Below the pieces are notes generated by a model. That model worked only from the letters and a program-made list of their open reading frames with translations. It did no database searches and was not told the origin of the DNA. From contig JAAILG010000100.1 in the NCBI GenBank assembly GCA_012026655.1, forward strand, positions 62,001 to 126,000: a DNA stretch of 64,000 nt, read 5' to 3'. Origin of the DNA: Hydrolagus affinis (lineage: Eukaryota). The position numbers and the translations under genes are program-made. Positions within the stretch are counted from its first letter, which is position 1. Each line of letters starts with the position of its first letter. Shown piece after piece: positions 24,953 to 37,177 of the stretch.

Positions 24953-25255
24953 GTTTCACCCTTGTAAGGTGAGTGCTCTAACCACTGAGCTACAGGAGCT
25001 CCACAATATTGTGTTCGAATCCAGGCAGATCAGGGTGAAACCTTGGGCAAGTTTCCCTTACTCCACATACCTAATAACAATCCGTCCCCCAAAAAAACCA
25101 CAATAATAAAATTAGTCATTTTCACGTCCCCACGACTGTTTGTGGGGCCGTGTGCATTTGGCTGCCATGCTTCACCAACAAAATATAGATAAAATATAGA
25201 TAAGATGTGAAAAGTGCTATATCAAATGCAAGGATTATTATTATTATCATAATAA
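24953..25255 (+). mobile_element. tRNA-SINE copy with its first ~52 nt inverted
   Basis: 24953-25004 is the reverse complement of the SINE head. From 25010 the consensus continues on +. Confidence 0.88.
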
Positions 25256-25777
25256 TATATTATCCATTCCAAACAAGTAAGGAATGGATGCATGAAACAT
25301 TTGATTAAACAGATTAGATTTGCTCCAAAATTAAACTAAATCATGCAGTAGGCTCAATGGAGTTGTTCGGAATCCTTTCATCCATTTAAATTTGAATTTG
25401 ATGGTTTGAAAGGGACAAGATTCATTCCTTTACCATTCTAGCTCACATATATTTATTCACTCATGAATTATGTCCATATCCAGCAATGTAGTCTGTCATG
25501 GAAATACAGAAGGCATCTCCTTTCAAAGTTCAGAAAAAAAACTCGTAAAATTCACGTTATAATTTGGTTATCAACATTAAATTTAAGATAGATTTCTAAA
25601 GTTAATCGAGCAATAGTGGTAATTATAAAAATTTCCAAGTATCAAATACCGTTGTATAATTATACTTGATGCAAACTGTTGGGACACTGATATACGGCAT
25701 TTCACTGTATCAGATCTGTAGAGAGTGTTGGTGCAAATAATTCTTCTGTGCACAGTTTTGGTAGAGTTTAGGCTGGT

Positions 25778-25868
25778 TCTCCACTGCAGTGCTGGGGAAA
25801 ACACTGCATTGTCAGAAGTGCTGTCATTTTAATGAGACATTAAACCAAGGTGCCGTCTGCAAGTTCAA
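25778..25868 (+). mobile_element. Old Deu-SINE 5' fragment
   Basis: ctgcattgtcagaagtgctgtcattttaatgagacattaaaccaaggtgccgtctgc, similar to 5200-5260. Confidence 0.6.
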
Positions 25869-25884
25869 TAATAATAATAATAAT

Positions 25885-26270
25885 AGTTCAAGATCCTAGT
25901 CCTCACCTTTAAAGCCCTTCATGGACTTGCTCCCCACTCTCCTAGCAACCTCCCAATCCCCTACCAACTTGCCTGTTCTCTCCATCTTATGTTTGCTTCA
26001 CCTGCCCCACCATTGGCAGGCAGGCAGGCGCCACTCTGCCCGCACCCTTTGGAACTCCATCCCACAGTTCCTCCACCTCGCCCCCTCCTTTGCCTCGTGC
26101 AAGACCCATCTGAGGACATGTCTTCGGTGATACTCCTTTCCCCCTTGCTGCCCTCCACCCTCCCCAACAACCAGCTCAGATCGGAAACATTCATTGTCCA
26201 GCGCCTTGGGACGTCATCCCAACGTGAAAGGCGCGATACAAATGTACCTCTGTTGTTGTTGTTGTTGTTT
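25885..26270 (+). mobile_element. L2-like LINE 3' fragment
   Basis: FKILVLTFKALHGLAP and LWNSIP remnants, C-rich 3' UTR, tail and (gtt)n. Confidence 0.82.
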
Positions 26271-26334
26271 GGGCGGATGCACTTTAAAGATTCTGTGGCA
26301 GTCAGTAACGGGGGGGGGGGGGGTTCCCATTGTA

Positions 26335-26400
26335 CAAGCAATAACAACAACAACAACTTCGATTTATATAGCGCTCTCCACGCTGGACTGCGTCTCAGAT
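26335..26400 (-). mobile_element. 3' tail of a second L2-like family
   Basis: Reverse complement matches 55179-55240 (ctgagacgc.gtcc.gcgtggag.gcgctatataaatc.aagttgtt). Confidence 0.7.
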
Positions 26401-27044
26401 AACAATCACTCTGGCAATGTATATGAGATATGCACTTGTATGTGTTCTCCATTGTCTTGATTGTGCCTGTTGTTTTGGATTGTAAATTCTATGATGGAGA
26501 GTTAAAGAGAACTACCTCATGCTCTAATTAACCTTGTATGGAACCTCTACCATCTTGTGCATTAGAGATAATGTGGTTCCTTTAAGAATACACACAACAT
26601 TAATATTTACAGATACTTCTAAGAACTCGACTAGGAATGAAGGCCTGCAAACCAGCCAATAGATTTGCTTATTTTTCACTATCCATGCATGTCCTGTAGT
26701 TTTCCAGTCAATAAACTGCCTTGTGTTTCCATCACTGCTTTCTGAACAAGTATACAAACTGATTCGAGTCAAATTGCAACCATTTACTGATTGTGCTTTG
26801 CAACTGCACTGTTCAATTTAACAGTGGCATTGACTGCAGAAATCAGATAAGGTGCTGCTGACACAGTTATAAAATGATCAAACATTGCAGGTCCAATTTT
26901 CTCACAATGTAGAGTCCAGTTGTTCAATTTAGAGGAGGCAGCTGGAAATGAAGCGAGAATGCTAATTGTGCTACACATTTACAAAACAAAATGGACAGAA
27001 TTGCATCCCCTAAGGTATACTTGGATCTAGTTTTGCCTACGAAC

Positions 27045-27150
27045 ATACAGTCAATTCACTTTATAGTACATTCTGTGAAGATTTGAGATGTCTAGAAGAC
27101 ATGAAAAGCGTTATATCAAACGTAAGGATAATAATGATTGTATTATTATT
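27045..27150 (+). mobile_element. SINE 3' tail fragment
   Basis: cagtcaattcactttatagtacattctgtgaag...ttatatcaaacgtaaggata. Confidence 0.8.
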
Positions 27151-28129
27151 TTCACAATAATCATAATAATTCCATTTTAATATTTTATTATTTAACAAGA
27201 GAGAACATAATAGTTAATAATTTCAGCAATCGCACATGAAGAGGTTACTGTAAAGTACTATTGCAATGAAACTGACTGAGTGATATTAGTTCTAAATAAC
27301 AAATACACATTTCATTAGGATGATACATTAAACTCACATATGGCAAATTCACTTTTATTTTGGACCAGTCTGTTCAATTGTGAAAAAAAACAATGAAATC
27401 ATTCAATCATAAACACTGCATGTAAATAACAGAAAGGCCTACCATTTCCAAATTTTCCTCACCTACAGAGTACTATTCTTCTCTCAAACAATAATTAACC
27501 TGATTTAATTTGGAAACTACAGTGACTGTCTTTGTTGCTTTGAGCATTAGGTGCTATTTTTCGGTTGGCAAGCACATGGGATGAAACCATAGTACAATAT
27601 TTATCACTGTATTTATTCTCTCATTACCACATGCAATGAATGAGAAGGTGGATGTCAGCTAGTGAGAGGAGCCAAATAACTAAAGACCAAGTGATAGAGA
27701 TACTGCAAACAATCAGAAGAGTAATTTCTCCTCTACCCAGGGGTTCTAAAATGATTGCAGTACTTACAAATGTCAAGAAATTATGAAAACATGTCAAAGC
27801 CAACTTATTAAACGAATGAGTTACTTGTTGTGGGGTTAAACTTGACATTATCATTTTGTTTCCCATGGGAGGATGGCACCTTTCTTTGAAGGGTGATAAA
27901 TGTATGCATTCCTCCTACAGGCAGTGCTGGAAATAGCTACTCAGAGTATACGCATAAGCCCTTGGGTCATTACCATAGTATTTACATTATATTTGCCATC
28001 CCAGCGAGGAAATGGCAGCACATACACATGGAGATCTGATGCAAAACGCAGAATTTTGATTTTAATGCTTCCCACCAAAAGTGGAGGCAATGTACTCCAT
28101 CAGATGCAGTTTCTCTTGACTGAATTTAG

Positions 28130-28343
28130 GGAATCCACCCTGCAGTCCCTACTCCTCGCCGCCTCCCTTGTCTCCTTCCACACCCATCTCAAGCAAGACT
28201 CTCCTCTTCGATAATGCTTTCAATCACTCTCCATCGCCATCCTGGGTCCCACCCCAGCTCGTGTCTGAAACACTGACCGTCCAGCGTCTTGGGACGTCCT
28301 CCTGATGTGAAAGGCGCTAAACAAACGTAACTTTGTTGTTGTT
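28130..28343 (+). mobile_element. L2-like LINE 3' fragment
   Basis: C-rich region, then ccagcgtcttgggacgtcctcctgatgtgaaaggcgcta...(gtt)n. Confidence 0.8.
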
Positions 28344-28580
28344 CAATTTGAATAACAATCTCTAATTATGCAACACATCTTCTGTCAAACAATGTTGTAA
28401 TGTATTTCAAACGGCTTCTCAGACAGACAATTCTACAGATTGTTACATTTTTCTTCTGCCTCAGATATTTAATGCCATGTGTATTATTTGCAAATATCCA
28501 CAGAAAATCAAAACAAAGGCTGTTATTGCTAATCATAATTCCTTTAGATAATAATATCAATAATTAATAATTCATATCTT

Positions 28581-28885
28581 AATAATAATCCTTGCATTTG
28601 ATATAGCGCTTTTCAGATCTTATCGACATCTCAAAGCGCTTCACAGAATATACTGTAATTGTATATTTGTGGGCGAAACGCAGCAGCCAATTGCGCACAG
28701 CAGTGTCCCACAAACAGTCGTGGATTGAAATGACAAATTTTTATTATTGTGTTTTTTTTTGACGGATTATTATGCTTGTGGAGTAAGGAAATTTGCCCAA
28801 GATTTCGCCCTGACCCGCCTGGATTCGAACACAGGTGTAAGGCTTGTAAGGCGAGTGCTCTAACCACTGAGCTACAGGACTCCAC
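28581..28885 (-). mobile_element. Full-length tRNA-SINE copy
   Basis: Reverse complement of the family consensus with a small internal duplication (tgtaaggc x2). Confidence 0.9.
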
Positions 28886-29632
28886 ATTGCAGATGCATTC
28901 TGATCACACAATAGCACATTATGCAGCTGTCTAACCTGGAAATGCTCAATAATATTGGACATTCGATGCAGAAGGGTATTCCATTTTCCAGCTCTGAATT
29001 GCCTCACTTTGAGACACACAAGCAGATGTAGGGAGGAGGGAGAGCTTCACAACAACATCTCATTGGCAAGGTTTGTCAAATGAGAGCCTGGATTGAGCAA
29101 CTGATGTTGATCAAAACAGCAGTGACTTGCACATCGTAAGTTGTCCCTTTAGGCTGCAGGCACATACCAGACAAATGGGGAAATTTCCAATGTGTAGGTG
29201 GCGTAGGTGTGTGAAACTCTGATAAGTTTGAAAATCCTCAAGTGTGGAGATGGATTTCCGTGTGAGTCAGGTCGAAAAGAAGGTGTTTGTTAATTTTCTT
29301 TTCTTTTTTTTGTTGAAAATCAGTGCTATGTGCTCTGGTCTTTGTTGAATCCATTTTATTTGCTCTGGATATTGCTTACGTCGCATTTTCCATGGGAGAT
29401 AATTGCAGCCATTAAGCATTACTAACCGAGCAGAAGAATGATCAACTGAACCCTAATTAACATGAACTAAAGGCAAGCCTAAAATAAGCTTAGAAAGTAC
29501 CCTGTGTAGCATGTGTGTAATTATTGTAGATTTGGATGAAACTAACAAAAAAAACATTAAATCTTGATGAAAACTTAGAAGCTAGAAATGGGCAGCAGGT
29601 CAAACAATATTTGTAAGAGATATATTCTGATT

Positions 29633-29718
29633 TAGTAAATTCCCTTACTCCACACACCTAATAATAATCCCTCCCCAAAAAAGTGCTATATCAAATGCAA
29701 GGATTATTATCATTATTA
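29633..29718 (+). mobile_element. Internally deleted SINE (central body missing)
   Basis: ccttactccacacacctaataataatccctccccaaaaaa is joined directly to gtgctatatcaaatgcaaggattatt. Confidence 0.8.
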
Positions 29719-31835
29719 CGTCAACGAACGCATCCTGGCTATCATAGTTTGGACAAATCTTCCCCTGCATGTGATTAGAAGTCGTAGATAATTAATTGTA
29801 CAATATAGCTTCTCTATACTTTTTCCTGCAATGTGACTTGGCGCTCAACAATATACATTTGCATTGCAGATTTTAATATTTTTTAAATTGCTTTATTACG
29901 TATGAAAAAAATTGGCAGTTTCATATTCTTCCTGTCACCACCAACCTAAACCACCTCCCCTTCATCACCACCTACTAGAGCTTCGCAGCCCTGAGTCATG
30001 ACTTTCAGAGCTAAATTTAGGCAAGCAAACAAGCACCAAGGATAGTTAGCCATTTCAATCATTAATTTACTTTTTCCCAAAAAAACTATTACTGTTGCTT
30101 TGAATGAAAGATCCCACTGAGGATAAGATTGTGAAATGATTTTCTCTATCACATCCTTCCCAAACAGATTACAATGTCCGATATAAGTAAACCACGTCTT
30201 AAGTGCAGTGATTGAACAACGAAGGCTTGGAAAAGACATCTCACATTTGCACATCAGTGTTGCAAACGCACAAGCTGAGGATTTTTGTGTCTGGTTGCAG
30301 CCGTTCAAGAGGAAGGAAAATAGGAACTTTAAAATTGCTGGACAAAAAAAGAGCAAGGTCCATTTAGTTCATCGCACCGTCGTTCCTATTTAAATAAAAT
30401 TGCAAACTTGGATTGGTTGTTGCATTGCTAAGTACACAAATACTGTGCAGCTTCCAATGCAACGATAAAACCAAGTTGCCAAAGCAACAAAATGTTAAAA
30501 CATACTTCCATAAAGGCTTAAAGGCTGTACAAACCCGACTATTGGTAAGATTCAGAGTAACTACATCCACTTTGAAATTACCCCCACCCCATTTTCATTC
30601 ATTGTATGCTTGACATATTTGTAATAAAAAAGAGTAAATGTTATTCCTCTTCATAACAGTGCTGAAGCCAGATATTCTATCTACATTTGTAAAATTTCCC
30701 ATTGTTTTGTATTTTCGCTTTTTGTAGCTTCTTTTCCCCTTTCCTCCCCCAGGAATTATATAATTTGAGTGGCAGACAATCTGCTCCAGCTCAGTTGGAT
30801 GCTGATCTTGAATGAGCTTCCAGCAGATACAAGAGATCAGCATTCGGTGAAACATTTAATACATTTCCTCTCACTACCTGGGAAAGCTGTAGATTCTATT
30901 TTTTCTAGAGAAATAATAGTGGGCAACCCTCACTCAGCCTAAACATTTATTTTTCAATATTTTAATCTTCCAAACATGCAATCTTCTGTAGGATTTATAT
31001 ATTAGTTCATGTTATCTAGCAAGATGGATTGGGCCAGTGAATCATCATATGTTTCAGCCCAGGTATTTCACATATATATGGAGTATAACAATCACATGTT
31101 ATACCTTGGAACTATCAGCATATTGACTGAATAAAATCCTGTGCTATTCAAGCAGTGAAAGGCATTCTGGTGATTTATGAGTAGTCGACTATGAGGCCTC
31201 TTGGAAGCTGGTTGTGGCAAGCATCATTTAACTAGCTATGTACTGCACCTATGCTTCTGTAAAGCTAACATGGTTTGTGCAGTTGACTGTGATCCTAAAT
31301 CTTAGATCAGTGGTAAAAAGATTGATAGTATCACAGTTGCAGGCAATGCAGTTGATCTCACAAATAGGATTTCAGCTTTTTGTGCTACTGTTAGCACATA
31401 CCTATAAGAATGATTTACTGAGACAAAAAAACCCATTTTTTTTTGTTTCCTTGAGCCCGTGTTTCCGCTGGATAATTTACTATGTTAACCAGAATGATTC
31501 AGAAATGCCTAATTTTTTTTGATGAAACAAAGAATAATCCGATAACATTAAAAACTGGTAGACTAGTTTTCTGACAATTTGTCAATATAAGGGTGAATCT
31601 CAGAAAAATTGTTCAAGTTTCTTTGTGCGACGATCTAAAGAGGGAACTCTTAAACTCTTATTCTTATAAGTCATCAAGTTTTGTTTTTTAAAAACTCAGT
31701 AGACATACAGAATCATGTTGGGAAATTTTGTAGGAAAGCTTTATATCACCATTTGTGTTTTGTCAATAAACTAAATGTAATCCAATTCAATGGGATTACA
31801 TTTCTCCACATTTGTGCAATTTACAATTGAATAGG

Positions 31836-31940
31836 AATAATAGTCCCTTGCATTTGATTTAGAACCTTGTCACATCTTTAAGACGTCTCAAAGCGTTTCA
31901 CAGAATGTACTGTAAATTGACTATTTTGTGGGCGAAACAG
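31836..31940 (-). mobile_element. SINE 3' fragment
   Basis: ccttgcatttgat...gacgtctcaaagcgtttcacagaatgtactgtaaa...gtgggcgaaac. Confidence 0.8.
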
Positions 31941-32865
31941 AATTAAAGGGAATAACCAATTTCATGTGCTGGGGGTAATGTAAGCGTTCTTCTCTACTTC
32001 TCTAATATTTCAATTCCAGGTACTACCAATGAATTCCAACAGAACATGTAAATTGTGTAATGTGAATATTCATATTGTAACACGAAGAATCATCAGGATC
32101 TGGGCTGAAGCCGAAAGTGATAATTGTTAGAGCTAACTGAAAAAAAATAAAGTTAAGAATGGAATGAAGTTGATCTGAAGTTACTCCAGCTTCAATTAAC
32201 AAAGTAGAAATATGTTTCAGGATGAGAGAAGTAATCAGTCTTTTTCAGAATTTGTCTTTTATATATTGTTAGAAATGTAATCCTGTTGAAACATGAAGTT
32301 ATTTCATGGTGTAGTGATCCATGATGAATATCTTGACACTTGGGATATCAGTGTTACAAATGAAAATGGTTATTTTAATCTTGTTCATTAATCGTGGCAA
32401 CCTAAGGTTTTTTTAAAAAAAAGTTAAAAGTAAAGTTTTGCATTTTCTTTCGAGTACTTGTATGCTGTAATGTAACAAGTCAGCAGATGATTGCATTTAA
32501 CATACCAAGTTAATCAAGCAATCGACTTCCAGCACATAAATCAGCATTAATTGTGAGGTGGAATTAACTAAGAATAAGCCTGGTACCATTGAACATCTGT
32601 AATGTGTGTAATTAATGCACAGTTGAAGTAGGTTCAAGTACAATCTGCCCACAGTAGAGAAGGATTCTATTCCATGCGTGCAATGTTGCTTAATTTACCA
32701 GATTGCCATTGCAGTAGTTACCACTCAATTGTACAGAATGCCAAAATGTCATGTCCATTGCAATTTAAAAAAATGCAAACAAAGTGGTTATATTCTTTAC
32801 AGTATTAATAATTGATTATTCAAGAGGTTGGAACTTGGGCCTCACACCTTTTTCTTAGCCGCTAA

Positions 32866-33181
32866 GTGGAGTTCTCCAGCTCAATGGTTAGAGCAATCGC
32901 CTTGTGAATGAGAGGCCTGGGTTCGATTCTAGGCAAAGCGAAACCTTGGGCAAGTTTCCTTACTCCATATGCCTGATAATAATCCTTTGAAAAAAAACAA
33001 TAAAGAATTGGTAATTTCAATCCACGACTGTTTGTGGGACACTGCTGTGAGCAATTGGCTATGACGTTTCACCTACAAATGTAGTCAATCCACTTTGCAG
33101 TATATCCTGTTTAGCGCTTTGAGACATCTAGAAGACGTGAAAAGCACTGTATCAAATGCAAGGATTATTTATTATTATTAT
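32866..33181 (+). mobile_element. Full-length tRNA-SINE copy
   Basis: Family head, body and (att)n tail. Confidence 0.9.
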
Positions 33182-34509
33182 AAGTATGTAGTACTTTGAT
33201 TTTGTTAAGGCATGACACTGTGATTATGTTTTCTGAAAAGAAAGTTGCTTGCTTCTATTTACTTCTAACATGCAATCGAAATACTGTACAGGTTGAAACA
33301 AGATATTTATAAAGTAGATTTGTTCCATTTGCAATTGATGATCTGCAAAGATTGGATTATGAGTTAATAATTGTTTGTTAGTGTACGGGTTACTGCAACT
33401 ACCTTTGTGTGAAGTGCAAACATCATTGTGTTAATGTAAAAGCAGTTCAGGTTGAGATAAAACAAAATGCCATTTATCCACTTTTTAGCTTGCATTATCC
33501 TGACAAAGCTGATAGTGGACACTTGTAAACAATCGTAAGTAGTGGAAACTCATTGCACATTATTACACAATTAAAAATCATAGCAAATGTTTTACCTGGT
33601 ATCTGCTGAATGTCCACATGGGTCGGGATTGGATTTTGTATCATACTAATCACCGACTCTTTGGAGTCAAAGTTTGACTGTAATGTATCAATTTAAAACA
33701 TTTATAGTGAAGAAAATTGCAACCATATAAATCTTTAATAAAACCTTCAGTTTGTAATGGTTTGCCTGTTGAAATTAATTCAGTTTCAAATACTGCATGG
33801 ATTTTCGTGGTGCAGAAATGAAAAACGGTTCTGGTCTTCAGGATAAGGAAAGCTGGAGATTTATGAATGCAACACTTATGGGAATAATGAAACATAAGAA
33901 CCGTATTATTGGCTTTTTCACTTTACCTTCATACAGGATACAAATTTACCGCTGAAGCAAAATAGAACCTAATCTTTTGTGAATTATATTCATGTACACA
34001 ATCACTTTTTGAAAAGTCACTTAAACACACATCCCCAATTTGAGTCAAGGCCTTTTTCAGTTTATCCATAAAAGTACACAGGGGTGCAATATCTTTTATA
34101 TTCTGATAGGTTTGATTGACTGCATAATCAGTTTCATGATTATTCCAACCTCTTTCATGTTCATAGAAGTTCTTATATAATGTATTGATGACACACTGAA
34201 AATATCCACTGGAATTCTTAATTATTTCAATAATTTTTTATTAAGGATTTAAGATGGCCCTGAGTAGATAGAAAACACACAAAGGAAGTGCAAAATTATG
34301 AATACAAAATGTACTTAATTTGTATTTTTAATAATGAAAAATGAATAGTGTTGTAACGCTAGATTGTTAAACTTTGATGTACTGTACCATTTTTCCACGT
34401 TATGAACCACATTCACATTGCAAACCACATTGTTTGCAAGATAAAATTGCTTCTAGCAGAATTCAATACTGTACTTTGCTAAAAACATAATCAATGCATA
34501 ATCAATGCA

Positions 34510-37096
34510 AAATGTCAGACATGAAATTTATTTGGTAACTTATACGCAGTAAACGTAAATGCAGGATTATGTATGTATGTGAGTGCATGCACATGTGCTA
34601 GGTATCTGAAGAATCTAAAGAAAATATACATTTATGAATTGCACATACAATAAAATCTCAATAATCCGGTACAGTTTGGCCCACTCACCTCCTGGATTTC
34701 TGAGTCTGCTGGTAACTAGATGTTACCACATGTGCCATAAACATAACACTGCAGCCAAAACAATCTCCGACCTCCAACCAATGCCGGGAATTGCAAGCAG
34801 CTGTTCCGAACTTCAGGAAATTTTCCGAACATCGGGAAAAAATTAATACTGTATGTATTTTGAAATTTTTGCCAGTTTTGGGGAGTTGCCAGCTTTTGGA
34901 ATGTCGGATTATCAAGATTTTACACTACCACCAATTTTACTTTGATAAAGATTTGCATTCAGTCAGGATTCCACAATATGAAATCAAACATCGCAAATTC
35001 CAAGTTGATATTTTACAAAAGTTTTATTTCAAACAGCATTTACAAGTAATATACTTAAACTTGAGATCAAAACTTTGGTCAAAATAGTAATTTCTGAAAT
35101 AGTCATCAATAAAAAATATTCGCACAACTATTTAGAATTTGAAAAAGTTATGTTTAAGCATTTCATTTGGTCCAGTCAGTTTTATATATTTTAATCCCAG
35201 CCATTATATTTAATTAAACTTCTTATGTGCCACACATAGCATGATTTAAGACATATTGGATACATAAAAGCCAAAATTCAAAAACCTCTTTATAACATAC
35301 AACTATTCTTCAAAAATTTCTTTGTTAATCAATTGGATATATATACTGGTCAAGCAATTCTTCAGGATTAAAATCAGTACTTAATTGGTTTACACATTAA
35401 TGAACATAGAAATAGTTAGATAATGCACAATACAATCTCCCCTTGAAAACATTTCTGAAAACATCTTTACACAAACATTTGCAGTACACAATCGTGAACA
35501 ATTCAGAAACAATTAATAGAACATTTCACTAAGATATCACAACTACTGTGTCATTATTTCCTAATACTGTATCATATAAAATGCTACTACCTTCAGAGGT
35601 TACAAAGGTCAATCTGACAGAACAATATAAAATGGAAATAAGGCTGCAGGAACTTTTCACTTACTGTTTATAGCTTCCATATTATATGCTCCTTGATTTC
35701 CTACAGCAGTTAAGCCTCAAGCAAAAATAAAGATGCAAGGCACTCAGCTGTACTGCACATTATCGAGATGAAGAAGACATTGTCACTTCATCTCACATAA
35801 ATGTTCCTGCATAAAATTTGAATTGAAGAAAATAAGACCATTATGGCAGGAGCAATGAAAAGATTTCAGAGGTAAAATTGACATTCAATGGCACAGAAGC
35901 ACTGGAGTATTAACGCATACTAAATTGTGGTTAGTCTAAAGGAATTGGTAATAAGTGAATCTCGCATGTGCCAGGACCGACAAGCTGGAACTCTGTTCAG
36001 GTGCGGAGTTTAAAGTTGAAACTGAGATCCTACCAAGTGATGGTTCAAAGGGTTTGGCTGTGACACATCCGGCATTTGCGATTGTAATCTTTTTTGCGAT
36101 TCTTGCAATTTAGACCCCCATTGTGGGAGAGTGCGGAAGTTCCACCTGAAATCTGCCACACCTAACTCCAAAAACAGAAGATGGAGGAGGTGAGTAGTGA
36201 TGAAGAAAATTAGAAATATATATTTCCTGAAAGGTAAATTCTAGATGTGAGAGAAACAATTTGCATTTGTTGTTTTCATGCATACCTCTTCAAACGTACG
36301 AGTTTAAAAACATTATTCCTGGAAATGACAACATAAAGAGTAAATTTGCTAACATTTCAGAACAGATTAAATGAAATCCAAATACAAAAATCACTGCTCT
36401 GACCGCAGAGAAAGATAAATTTGATGATCAAAGGAATAAGGGCGTAATTCATGTGGTATCTTGTATAAGCAACTTCAGATACTGCCTTCAGACAGGTTAA
36501 TATGAATGTATATGTCAGCCATGAACAAAGACGTCATATAAAATTATAATACATTTTCACAAATTAAAAACTCCAGGAGTCTTTTGAGCTAAAAAGCAAG
36601 CAATAACTAGGACTGACAATTCAGTTATTCATAATAATGTGTCACTTCAAATTGGTTATGAAATGCTGCAATTTACTCGTATATTCATTATAAAATGTTA
36701 CAAATTTACCCCTGTATTCTTATTAAAAGCACTAAAAGTAACATTAAAGGCAGTTTTAAAATCACTTCAGAAAAAAATTCTACCATCCAATAAATGATCA
36801 TTCAAACACCCTCATCTCTGTTAAGGTGCAAAAGACAAAGGATTTAATTGAGAATGATCTGATGTTCAAATTTGATAATTTTACTAATTTCTCATTCTTT
36901 GGATAGCACAAAGTTCAATTCATAAAAAATATTTTTGTTAAACTTCCAACTTTAAATAGAATAGAATATTGTTGTTCTGAAGTTCACGGACAAAGCACCA
37001 GGCACAGTGTTGTATTTCTCTTCAAACACACACAGCACTTTTGGTCAAAAAGGAAGCAATAGTTAAATAGCAATTCTGCTGAGGTCCGTTGTGTTT
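34510..37096 (-). other. SNX7: Putative SNX7 3' UTR; candidate AATAAA (minus strand) at 35023-35028 and 34527-34532
   Basis: tttatt on the + strand at both sites, with U/GU-rich sequence downstream in transcript orientation. The end is unverified. Confidence 0.4.
34648..34925. mobile_element. Older Tigger-like MITE (~280 bp)
   Basis: TA|caataaaatctcaataatccgg ... tcggattatcaagattttacac|TA: degenerate TIRs related to cagtaaaa...atccgg. Confidence 0.7.
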
Positions 37097-37177
37097 CTAT
37101 GTGCTGTCTTTCGCATCCTTTTCTGTGTTGATCTCAGTTTGCTGAGAGGCAAGGAAAGACTCCCATGTAGCCAGACA
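37097..37177 (-). CDS. SNX7: SNX7 terminal exon 9: CLATWESFLASQQTEINTEKDAKDST*
   Basis: Acceptor gtttttag|tgt, conserved CLATWESFL, TAG at 37099-37097. Confidence 0.95.
   Translation of the reverse strand, partial: CLATWESFLASQQTEINTEKDAKDST

Noticed and set aside
25961-26452. 163-aa and 137-aa ORFs
   Set aside because: Decayed L2 3' region and microsatellites; no intact RT domain.
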